Shown here: positions 7,640-16,911 of the stretch, one piece after another
Position numbering within the stretch: the first letter of the stretch is position 1
How the letters are laid out: each line of letters begins with the position of its first letter
Assembly: GCA_031372565.1 (NCBI GenBank)
Contig: JANMLN010000132.1
Location: 1 to 39,663 of the forward strand
Direction of reading: 5' to 3'
Origin: Gemmatimonadota bacterium
GTDB taxonomy: Bacteria; Gemmatimonadota; Gemmatimonadetes; Gemmatimonadales; Gemmatimonadaceae
Length of the DNA: 39,663 bases
Program-made: the position numbers and the translations under genes
Notes under the pieces: model-generated
What the model was told of the DNA's origin: nothing
Seen by the model: the letters and a program-made list of their open reading frames with translations, nothing else
Database searches by the model: none

Positions 7640-7942
7640 CTAGACGTACCGGAGGCGATTCTCGGCGCGGTCGAAGTCGGGCTTGCGGACCTTCACCAGT
7701 TCGGTGACCGCAACGCCCACCAGATCGCGGACGACCACACCGCCGCGCGGCAACGAGTCATCAATCACGAGTGGCGCGACCTCCTGCCGACGCGGCCCGT
7801 AGACCCAGACGATCTCGCCGTCGACCAGCAGCCGCGCCTCGGCGTCGTCGGAGCGCATGCGAATGAGTGGTCCGCGCTCCTCGTCGCCCTTGCGTGTGGC
7901 GATGTAGCCCACGACCTGCAGCGGCTGGTTCATCGCCAGCAT
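7640..7942 (-). CDS. Small stand-alone double-psi beta-barrel protein (molybdopterin-dinucleotide-binding / CDC48-N-like)
   Basis: AGGAG lies 6 nt before ATG 7942. IRMRSDDAEARLLVDGEIVWVYG...IDDSLPRGGVVV...VGVAVTELVKVRK follows the DPBB pattern. Confidence 0.75.
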   Translation of the reverse strand: MLAMNQPLQVVGYIATRKGDEERGPLIRMRSDDAEARLLVDGEIVWVYGPRRQEVAPLVIDDSLPRGGVVVRDLVGVAVTELVKVRKPDFDRAENRLRYV

Positions 7943-7951
7943 GACGGTCTC

Positions 7952-8515
7952 CTACGACACCGCCCGCGCCGCGAGGTACTGATCGTTCTCGCGGCGAAGG
8001 AGGCGTCGGCGCCAGAGGTCCACCAGCGCGCGCTCGGCCTGCGTCGGCTCGAGTCCGGATTGCTCGGCGACCACGAGCGCCGAGCAGGCGCCGATGCGCC
8101 CGACGACCGCCCACGCCGTGCGCGACGCGTCGTCGACATCGCCGATGAGATGCGGCTCGCCGTCCACCGGCTCGGCCACCAGCGCCAAGCCGTGATGGTG
8201 CAGCACCCACTCGATGGACTCGATGTGCAGGTCGTTGAGCCCGCGGAACACGAAGTACACGGCGCCGCGCTGGTCGGCGGGCTCGCGCGCGTCGTAGCGC
8301 TGGAGGAGCTTGGCAATGATCTCGTCGGCGCACGAATAGTCGAGCAACCCGACGTGGGTGAAATCGATGACGGTGATGCCATCCTCGGACTCGTCGTCCA
8401 GAATGGCCTCGATGGCGCCGCGCACGGCGTTGCCGGTCGGGCGCGTCACAAGATTGGTGTACTGCTCACTGACAGCGCCACGGAGGACCGACCCGAGATC
8501 GATGTGTCGAATCAT
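7952..8515 (-). CDS. STAS-like (DUF4325-type) domain plus C-terminal winged HTH
   Basis: LVTRPTGNAVRGAIE...VIDFTHVGLLDYSCADEIIAKLL is STAS-like. AWAVVGRIGACSALVVAEQSGLEPTQAERALVDLWRRRLLRRENDQY is a wHTH pattern. ATGA overlap with the upstream gene. Confidence 0.7.
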   Translation of the reverse strand: MIRHIDLGSVLRGAVSEQYTNLVTRPTGNAVRGAIEAILDDESEDGITVIDFTHVGLLDYSCADEIIAKLLQRYDAREPADQRGAVYFVFRGLNDLHIESIEWVLHHHGLALVAEPVDGEPHLIGDVDDASRTAWAVVGRIGACSALVVAEQSGLEPTQAERALVDLWRRRLLRRENDQYLAARAVS

Positions 8516-9393
8516 CGGGTGAGCCGCTCGGGAATCACGATCTGCATCTGAGCGCCCGGAAAGGCAGGAAGCTGCTTGGAAAGTGGAACATCATCGTCCC
8601 ACGTCGGAATGATCGAAAGGCGCGCCGTGCCACTGCGCACGGTCAGCTTGCCGTCCCAGCGTCCGACGTAGCGTCGGATGCCGGCGAGGCCCTGGCCGCG
8701 CCCCTTGTCGGTAAAGCGACTGACACCGCGGAGGACGGCCTCTTCGAGCGCCGCTCCGTCGTCCCAGCGGTCGCCGAGGCGACGACCCTGCGTCGTCTCG
8801 AGCGAGCGGCGGAACCCTTGGCCCGCATCGCACACGGCAATGACGACCACCCGGCGACCGAGCCGCTTGCGCCACTCGTACACCTGCACCGCCACCCAGC
8901 CACCGGTGCCGGCGTGCTCGATGATGTTCTGGCAGGCCTCGGACAGGGTCATGGCGAAACCCATCGTCGCCTTGCTGTCGATGTGCAGGCTCTGCAGGAT
9001 GGTCTGCGCCTTGTGCTGGATGCGCGCCACGACGCCGTGCACGTCTTCGGAGTGGGCGATCGGCGTGATGTCGAGCAGCACGTCCGATTCGCCCGGCGTC
9101 CGGCCGCGGGGCACGTGGCCGGCAAGATGGAAGATGCCGTCGGCGTGCTTGTAGAAGCCGGCGCGCGCCCAATACGAGGCGATCTCTTCGGACTCGGGGC
9201 CGGAGAAGGTCGCCTTTTCGCCGCGCGTCTGCCCGATCGTCAGCATGGCCGTGAGGCCGTAGGGGGTTCCCCACCGCGCGTGACGAGCGTCGAAGAGCAC
9301 CGGGGCATCCACCGGAACCGTGGCTAGCTGCTCGAGGATCCTCTCGATCCCCGCATCATCCAGCGACGACGGAACGTTGATGACGGTGCTCAC
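8512..9393 (-). CDS. STAS-like N-terminal domain plus GHKL/HATPase_c ATP-binding domain (RsbW/SpoIIAB-like kinase)
   Basis: N box SEACQNIIEHA, G1 VCDAGQG, G2 GRGQGLAGI. I see no H-box/DHp domain and no TM segment. The N-terminus VLFDARHARWGTPYGLTAML...SYWARAGF is STAS-like. Confidence 0.8.
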   Translation of the reverse strand: MSTVINVPSSLDDAGIERILEQLATVPVDAPVLFDARHARWGTPYGLTAMLTIGQTRGEKATFSGPESEEIASYWARAGFYKHADGIFHLAGHVPRGRTPGESDVLLDITPIAHSEDVHGVVARIQHKAQTILQSLHIDSKATMGFAMTLSEACQNIIEHAGTGGWVAVQVYEWRKRLGRRVVVIAVCDAGQGFRRSLETTQGRRLGDRWDDGAALEEAVLRGVSRFTDKGRGQGLAGIRRYVGRWDGKLTVRSGTARLSIIPTWDDDVPLSKQLPAFPGAQMQIVIPERLTR

Positions 9394-10364
9394 TGCAGGC
9401 TTAGCTCTCCGCGGAGGTAGTGCGCCAGCCCGGTCGCTCCCCGGTGCCGAACGTTGCGCGCCGCGGCGGCGTGTGCCGACTGCATCGCGTCAACGATTCT
9501 ATCACCCGCGAGGAGTCGCGAGAAGTACGTCGCGCCGAATACATCGCCGCAGCCCGTCGGATCGAGTTCCCCGTTGTCAAGGACTGGCGTCGCGGGAACG
9601 AGCGCGGTGCGCACCGGAGCCCCTTGCGCATCGTGTCGCGAGCGTTCCGCGAGCGTGTCAAATCCCGGCGCCGCCACGTACACGGCGCCGCGTGCGCCCA
9701 ACGTCACCGTGAGCGCGCGTACCCCGTGCGCCATGGCCGTTGCCGCGAGCGCGAGCGGATCGGCCGCGAGCAGCGCCAGTTCGTCCTCGTTCACCTGCAG
9801 CAGGTCGGCGGTTCGACACCAACCGACAATCTCCTCGGGCGTCAGGTGTCGTGGCGTACGCAAGCCGTCGGCCTGCCGCGCGAGGAGCAACGAGTGCAGG
9901 TCCAGGTAGATCGGACCCGCAAAGTGCTGGCGCAGCAGCAGCGCCGTCTCGAGGTCCAGCTCCCACCCACTGATCAGGTTCACGTACAGCGCATCCAGTC
10001 CGCCGAGCAGTGGCTTGAGGCCAAGCCAGCTCCACGCCGGTACGCCGCCGGTGAGCACCTCCGTGCGACGCGCACTGTCGAGGTACCGGAGCGTCACGCG
10101 GTTGTTCGGGAAGGGCACGGCGATCGGCGCCGCATTGCGCTCGAGTCGGGTGAGCGTTCCCAGAAAGGCGCGGGCCTCGCGCGTCAGGTCCTCGCCCACC
10201 TTCACGAGCGGGACGATCTCCCATCCGGCGGGGAGCGCGGCGTCGAGCGCTCCCAGTGCATAGGTGATGCCGCCCCACTCTTCGATCACCGGTGCGGCCG
10301 GATCGCGTCCGTGAATCCGGTCCCACACGAAGGAGCCGATCACGCCCAGCCGGCGTGTCCTCAC
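9390..10364 (-). CDS. PfkB/ribokinase family carbohydrate kinase
   Basis: LGVIGSFVWD, WGG, LQVNEDE, VTLGARGA and the anion-hole motif DPTGCGDVF. GTG 10364 overlaps the ROK stop (GTGA). Confidence 0.9.
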   Translation of the reverse strand: MRTRRLGVIGSFVWDRIHGRDPAAPVIEEWGGITYALGALDAALPAGWEIVPLVKVGEDLTREARAFLGTLTRLERNAAPIAVPFPNNRVTLRYLDSARRTEVLTGGVPAWSWLGLKPLLGGLDALYVNLISGWELDLETALLLRQHFAGPIYLDLHSLLLARQADGLRTPRHLTPEEIVGWCRTADLLQVNEDELALLAADPLALAATAMAHGVRALTVTLGARGAVYVAAPGFDTLAERSRHDAQGAPVRTALVPATPVLDNGELDPTGCGDVFGATYFSRLLAGDRIVDAMQSAHAAAARNVRHRGATGLAHYLRGELSLQ

Positions 10365-11359
10365 ACCAGTCCCGGCGTCTGCGCCTTGAAGGAGGCAATC
10401 GCGCCCAGCACGCCGGCCGCGTCGCCCAGCGTGCCGGGCACGATGCGACAGGCTTCGACGGCCGGACGAAACGCCCGACGCCGCACCTCCGCACGCAGCG
10501 GCTCGAAGAGCGTGTCGCCCGCCATGGCCACGCCGCCCGCGAGCACCACCACATCCGGGTTGAAGATGTTGAGCAGGTTGGCCACGCCCGCGCCGAGGAA
10601 GCGCGCCGTGTCGCGCACCACGAGCCGCGCGAGGAAGTCGCCCGCCTTGGCCGCGTCGTACACGATGCGCGCCGTGAGCTTGTCGAGTTGGCCACCCACG
10701 GTGTCGGTGAGCGAGCTCGGCTCGTCGCCTGCCAGGAGCTCGCGCGCGCGCTGTGCGATGGCGGGCCCCGACGCGTACGCCTCCAGGCAGCCGTAGTTGC
10801 CACAGCCACAGAGCCGCCCGGTCGAGTCGATCGTGATGTGGCCGATCTCGCCTGCCACGTCCGACGCGCCGTGGTACAGCTGTCCGTTGAGGATCAAGCC
10901 CCCACCGATGCCGGTGCCGATCGTGACGCCGATGACGTTCTTGCCGCCCCGCGCTGCGCCCAACCACCACTCGCCCACCGTCGCGCAGTTCGCGTCGTTG
11001 TCGAGCGTGGCGGGGAGTCCCACCGCGGCGCTGATCCGGTCGCGCAGCGGAAAGTTCTTCCAGCCGAGGTTCGGCGTGACGATGACCAGCCCCTTCTCGC
11101 GGTCGAGCGGTCCGGGCGCGCCGATGCCGACGCCGAGAAACGCCTCACGCGAGACACCGGTCTCGGCCATGGTCTGCACGACCACACGCTCGATCATCCG
11201 CGCCATGCGCTCCACCACCGCGTCAGCGCCCAGGTCGGCGCGGGTGGGCTCGGTCTGCGTTGCGGTGCGGTGCGTGCCGTCTGCGTTGGCAGCGCCGACC
11301 ACGATGTTCGTGCCGCCCAGGTCGATGCCCAGGATGTAACGAGCGATTGGTGCGGTCAT
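10361..11359 (-). CDS. ROK family sugar kinase (glucokinase-like)
   Basis: LGIDLGGTN, GIGAPG, LDNDANCA, TIGTGIGGG, GEIGH and the Zn motif CGCGNYGCLE. No N-terminal HTH, so it is a kinase rather than a repressor. ATG 11359 overlaps the waaF stop. Confidence 0.93.
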   Translation of the reverse strand: MTAPIARYILGIDLGGTNIVVGAANADGTHRTATQTEPTRADLGADAVVERMARMIERVVVQTMAETGVSREAFLGVGIGAPGPLDREKGLVIVTPNLGWKNFPLRDRISAAVGLPATLDNDANCATVGEWWLGAARGGKNVIGVTIGTGIGGGLILNGQLYHGASDVAGEIGHITIDSTGRLCGCGNYGCLEAYASGPAIAQRARELLAGDEPSSLTDTVGGQLDKLTARIVYDAAKAGDFLARLVVRDTARFLGAGVANLLNIFNPDVVVLAGGVAMAGDTLFEPLRAEVRRRAFRPAVEACRIVPGTLGDAAGVLGAIASFKAQTPGLV

Positions 11360-12405
11360 GCAAGGTCCTCGGCTCGGGCGGCACGGTGGGCGAGGGCGGC
11401 CACGACGTCGGGGCTCAGCTCGCGCATGCAGCGAAAGTGGGCAAGGGGACAGACAGCGGGTCCGTGCTTGTCGCACGGTCGGCACGGCATCTGGGGATGT
11501 TCGGCAATGAAGCGCACGGGCGCCAGCGGTCCGAAGCCGAAGGCGGGGACCGTCGGCCCGAAGATGGCGACGGTCGGTGTGCCGACGGCCGACGCCAAGT
11601 GCTGGGGCGCGGAGTCGTTGGTGACGAGCGCGGCCGCGCGCGCGATGAGCGCCGCGGACGCGAGCAATGAGAGCCGCCCGGTCGCGTTCACCGCGCCGGG
11701 GACCTCGCGAACGATCGCGGCGGCCAGGTCCGCGTCCTCGGCGCCGCCGACGATCACGACGGCAACGTCCGCCGCCAGCGCACGCGCCAACGCCGGGAAG
11801 TACGGCCACCGCTTGGTGGCCCACACCGAACCGGGCGCCAGTGCAATGAAGGGGCGCACACCGGCATCGGTCCCTGCGAGCAGCGCGTCCACCGAGGCGT
11901 GCTCTGCCGCGCCCGGGTAGAGCATGGGGCGCAGGTGCGCCGCATCAACGCGCGCGCCGTCGGGTGCGGCGAGCGACCAGAGCCGCTCCGCGTGATGCCA
12001 CTCGGCGTGGTACGCCACGCGGTGCGTGTAGAGCCGCCGTCCGGCCGAGGAGGCAAAGCCGACGCGCGCCTTGATGCCGGCAAGGAAGGCGAGCGTCGCG
12101 CTGCGCAGCGAGCCTTGTGCGAGGTACGCCGTGCTCGGGCGCATCGCGTCGTCGCCGCCGATCTCGCGCGCGACGCGATGGAGGCCGCGGATGCCGCGGG
12201 CGGCGCCGCGCTTGTCATAGGGGATCAGGCGGCGTACGGCCGGATGATGCGCCAGCAAGGCCGCCCCCGCCGGCGTGGTGACCACGTCGACGGGCCCGCG
12301 TTCGGCGAGCGCGGCGATCAGCGGCGTCGTGAGCACGACGTCGCCGAGAAAGGAGGTCTGGATCACGACCGCCGCAGGACGCGGGTCGAGGTGAGGAGCG
12401 GCCAT
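11356..12405 (-). CDS. waaF: LPS heptosyltransferase II (glycosyltransferase family 9)
   Basis: IQTSFLGDVVLTTP, IALAPGSVWATKRWP, VTNDSAPQHLASAVGTPTVAIFGPT and the C-terminal CRPC...CP...HFRCM. Confidence 0.85.
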   Translation of the reverse strand: MAAPHLDPRPAAVVIQTSFLGDVVLTTPLIAALAERGPVDVVTTPAGAALLAHHPAVRRLIPYDKRGAARGIRGLHRVAREIGGDDAMRPSTAYLAQGSLRSATLAFLAGIKARVGFASSAGRRLYTHRVAYHAEWHHAERLWSLAAPDGARVDAAHLRPMLYPGAAEHASVDALLAGTDAGVRPFIALAPGSVWATKRWPYFPALARALAADVAVVIVGGAEDADLAAAIVREVPGAVNATGRLSLLASAALIARAAALVTNDSAPQHLASAVGTPTVAIFGPTVPAFGFGPLAPVRFIAEHPQMPCRPCDKHGPAVCPLAHFRCMRELSPDVVAALAHRAARAEDLA

Positions 12406-12445
12406 CAGGAGGTAAGGTACGGCGAACGGGCGGCGAGCGCCGCCG

Positions 12446-14242
<1,797 letters not shown>

Positions 14243-14404
14243 GGAATCGGGACCGGGAGGAAACGTGGGGGAACCTTGTAACGTAACCCCCGCACGAGCC
14301 GCCCTCAACGCTCGGATGTCCCGTTGTGTGCGCGCGTATCCGTCGGGAACGCCGACACGGGTGTTGCGCCGCTCGATCCGGCGCGCAATTTCCGATGCAC
14401 TGCC

Positions 14405-15829
14405 ATGGCCCTCACTCCAATGACTCCGCCGCCGCGCAGCTTGCAGAGCAAGCCGCGCCGGGTACACCTCGTGCTCCGGGATGGCGCCGAGGTCGAGGGC
14501 GGCATCTTCCTGAACGATGGGCAGGCGCTCGCGCCGTACCTCGGGACCCGCAAGGGCGGGTGGGTCAACCTCGTGTCGGCCCAGTGGATCCTGCCGGTCG
14601 AGGAAGCGGCCAATCACGCCGTGTTGCAGGCCGATCACATCCTGTACGCGTACGGGGTCGATGGCGACGTGCCGGTCCATGGCACCACCGGGCAGGTCGC
14701 GGTGCGCCACGTGGAGGTCATTCTCACGACGGATGCCCGGATCCGCGGGCAGCTCTTCATCGCCGATCGCCAGCGCCTGTCCGATTTCCTGCACACCGTG
14801 GGAAAGTTCATTCCGATCGTGTCGGTGCACCGCGCAGACACGGATCAACTGATCGGTGATATCGCGCTCAACCATGCGGCCGTGCGGGTGCTGCGCGATA
14901 CCGCGCCCACGGGCCGCCAGGCCACCGCGCTCGATCTGCGCGCGTCGGTGATGACCCCCGCCATCGGTGCGCAGCTGATCGACGGCGACCAGGCGCGCAT
15001 CACGCCGCCGATGGGGATGCGCGCCGACACCGTGCCCGACACAGGGTCGCCGATGCGCCGCCCGACGGCATCGCTCTCCTTGGGCGGCATCGATCCCGCG
15101 CGCCGCACGCCGTCCTCCACCCCCGCCGAGGCCGCGGCGTCGCCCCCGGCCACGGACGATGCCGGCGTGCGTACGGAGAAGATCTCGGTGCCCGGGAACG
15201 AGTACGTGCTCGAGGTGCCGGGGCCGCGCGCGGATCGCCGGTCGGGATCGAATCGCGCGGTGCGCGCGCGCGTGACGCTCAATCTCGATGGCGACACCCC
15301 CGTCGAGGTGACGCAGGAGCCGGAGGATGAGGCGCCGCCGGCTCCGTTCTCGCCCGCGGTCTTGGCGCGTGCGGAGCGCATCGGTCGACACTGGCTGGCA
15401 CTCGTCGCGCAGCGCTTCGGCCTGAATGCGCCCGATCCGCGCCCGCTCGATGACGCGTTCACCCTGGAGCAACTGTGGGACGCGATCGCGCGGGCGAACG
15501 ACGTGACCCCCGACGAGTTCGCGGTGCACGTGGCGTCGACCTTTCGCCTGCCGGTCGCGCGGTTGGACCGGATCGAACCAAAGGCGGTCCAGTTGGTCGA
15601 CGAGAAGGTGGCGCGCAAGTTCGGCATGATCCCCGTGCGAGCGGACGAGAAGACGCTCACCGTCGCGTGCAGTGACCCGACCGATCTCGAGTTGGAGCAG
15701 GCGCTGCGCTTTGCGACCCGGCACAGCATCGCGTTCGAGCTCGCCCCGCCGCGTGCCATCCGGGGCGCACTCGATTGGTGGTATCGCGGACAGCAACGCG
15801 CGTCCACCGCCGTGGGCGTCGTCAAGTAG
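14405..15829 (+). CDS. Protein with two tandem DUF6812-like domains, a Pro/Ala linker and a C-terminal GspE/PilB N-terminal (T2SSE_N) domain; no ATPase domain
   Basis: Two similar units: [27 protein letters not shown]...WVNLV and [27 protein letters not shown]...FIPIV. The C-terminus [15 protein letters not shown]...[30 protein letters not shown] matches T2SSE_N. The gene stops with no Walker A. Confidence 0.75.
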   Translation: MALTPMTPPPRSLQSKPRRVHLVLRDGAEVEGGIFLNDGQALAPYLGTRKGGWVNLVSAQWILPVEEAANHAVLQADHILYAYGVDGDVPVHGTTGQVAVRHVEVILTTDARIRGQLFIADRQRLSDFLHTVGKFIPIVSVHRADTDQLIGDIALNHAAVRVLRDTAPTGRQATALDLRASVMTPAIGAQLIDGDQARITPPMGMRADTVPDTGSPMRRPTASLSLGGIDPARRTPSSTPAEAAASPPATDDAGVRTEKISVPGNEYVLEVPGPRADRRSGSNRAVRARVTLNLDGDTPVEVTQEPEDEAPPAPFSPAVLARAERIGRHWLALVAQRFGLNAPDPRPLDDAFTLEQLWDAIARANDVTPDEFAVHVASTFRLPVARLDRIEPKAVQLVDEKVARKFGMIPVRADEKTLTVACSDPTDLELEQALRFATRHSIAFELAPPRAIRGALDWWYRGQQRASTAVGVVK

Positions 15830-15890
15830 CGCCTGCGTCGCCGGATGCCGCTGCCCGTGGTGGCGGCATGCAGATACCTTTGTGCGTCCG

Positions 15891-16793
15891 ATGGACGCAA
15901 ACCGGCCCGACCTCCTTGATCCTGCTTCCCTCGCGGCGCTTGGCCGCCTCGAGGTCGTGGCGCGTTGGGTGGTGGATGGATTTCTCACCGGGCTGCACCG
16001 CTCGCCGCGCAAGGGTTTTTCGGTCGAGTTCGCCGAGCACCGGCCGTACCAGCCCGGTGATGACCTGCGCTATCTCGACTGGAAGATCCTCGCGCGCTCC
16101 GACCGCTGGGTGATCAAGCAGTTCGAGGAAGAGACCAACCTGCGTGCGATGCTCCTGCTCGACGTGAGTCCGTCGATGGCGTGGCGGGGATCGGAGCAGC
16201 GGCTCACCAAACTCGCGTGGGCGGAGGCATCGGTCGCGGCACTCGCGCTGCTGCTGCTCAAGCAGCGCGACGCGGTCGGGTTGATCCGCTTCGATGACGC
16301 CGTGCGCACCGTGCTGCCACCGCGTGCCCGCACGGCCCAGTGGCGGCGTGTGCTCGCCGAACTCGGACCCGTCGGCACCGGGAGCGAGACCGCCCTCGCG
16401 GCCGCCATCCAGCGCGGCGCGGCGCTCGTCACGCGGCCCGGCCTCTTCGTCATCCTCTCCGATCTGCTGGCAGATCGGGACGAGGTCACGAGCGCCGTCC
16501 GCACGTTGCGCGCCGTCGGACACGACATCGTGGTGCTCCACGTGATGGATCCCGCCGAGCGCGACCTGACAGAAGCCGGGGACGCGATCTTCACCGACCC
16601 CGAGAGCGGTGACGTGCTGGCCGCGCGCGGTGCCGAGGTGCGCGACGCCTACCGCGAGACGGTGAACACCGCGATCGCCGAGTGGCGCGAGGGACTGGCT
16701 GGTGCTGGCGCGTTCTACGAAGTCGTGAGTACCGATGCGCCGTTCGGCACGGCGCTCCGGCGGGCGTTCGCGGTGCGGCAGGGGCTCCCATGA
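15891..16793 (+). CDS. DUF58 family VWA protein (MoxR-associated)
   Basis: [50 protein letters not shown] (MIDAS DxSxS) and ILSD. Confidence 0.93.
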   Translation: MDANRPDLLDPASLAALGRLEVVARWVVDGFLTGLHRSPRKGFSVEFAEHRPYQPGDDLRYLDWKILARSDRWVIKQFEEETNLRAMLLLDVSPSMAWRGSEQRLTKLAWAEASVAALALLLLKQRDAVGLIRFDDAVRTVLPPRARTAQWRRVLAELGPVGTGSETALAAAIQRGAALVTRPGLFVILSDLLADRDEVTSAVRTLRAVGHDIVVLHVMDPAERDLTEAGDAIFTDPESGDVLAARGAEVRDAYRETVNTAIAEWREGLAGAGAFYEVVSTDAPFGTALRRAFAVRQGLP

Positions 16794-16811
16794 GCCGTCT
16801 ACAGCGACACG

Positions 16812-16911
16812 GTCGTCCTGCGCGCAGCCGTCGTCCTGAGCGCAGCGAAGGACCTGCTTTTGCCCTTCCTCGCCCGACACGCCGCTCCTCCGCCCCGCGC
16901 AGGACGACGGC
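16812..16911. repeat. Intergenic palindromic (REP/MITE-like) repeat, copy 1
   Basis: Tandem heads GTCGTCCTGCGCGCAGC (16812) and GTCGTCCTGAGCGCAGCGAAGGACCTGCTT (16830-16859), with the inverted end CGCGCAGGACGAC (16896-16908). The 30 nt at 16830-16859 are identical to 39617-39646. Confidence 0.85.

Noticed and set aside
8512..9393. Classical sensor histidine kinase or anti-phage defence ATPase
   Set aside because: It has no H-box and no adjacent receiver gene. The context is a coupled housekeeping operon with no nuclease, PRTase or mobile-element genes, so a defence role is not supported here.
10365..11824. N-terminal extensions of the PfkB (to 10970) and ROK (to 11824) ORFs, and similarly envC (to 5009) and the ABC ATPase (to 35372)
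   Set aside because: For PfkB, ROK and envC the extensions overlap upstream genes in another frame, and the true starts sit at stop/start overlaps. The ATPase extension only runs through the divergent promoter region and shows no homology.
14243..16012. Apparent 590-aa N-terminal extension of LepA (ORF 12446..16012)
   Set aside because: The extension is antisense to the real gene at 14405-15829. LepA homology starts at GTG 14242, which gives the normal length.
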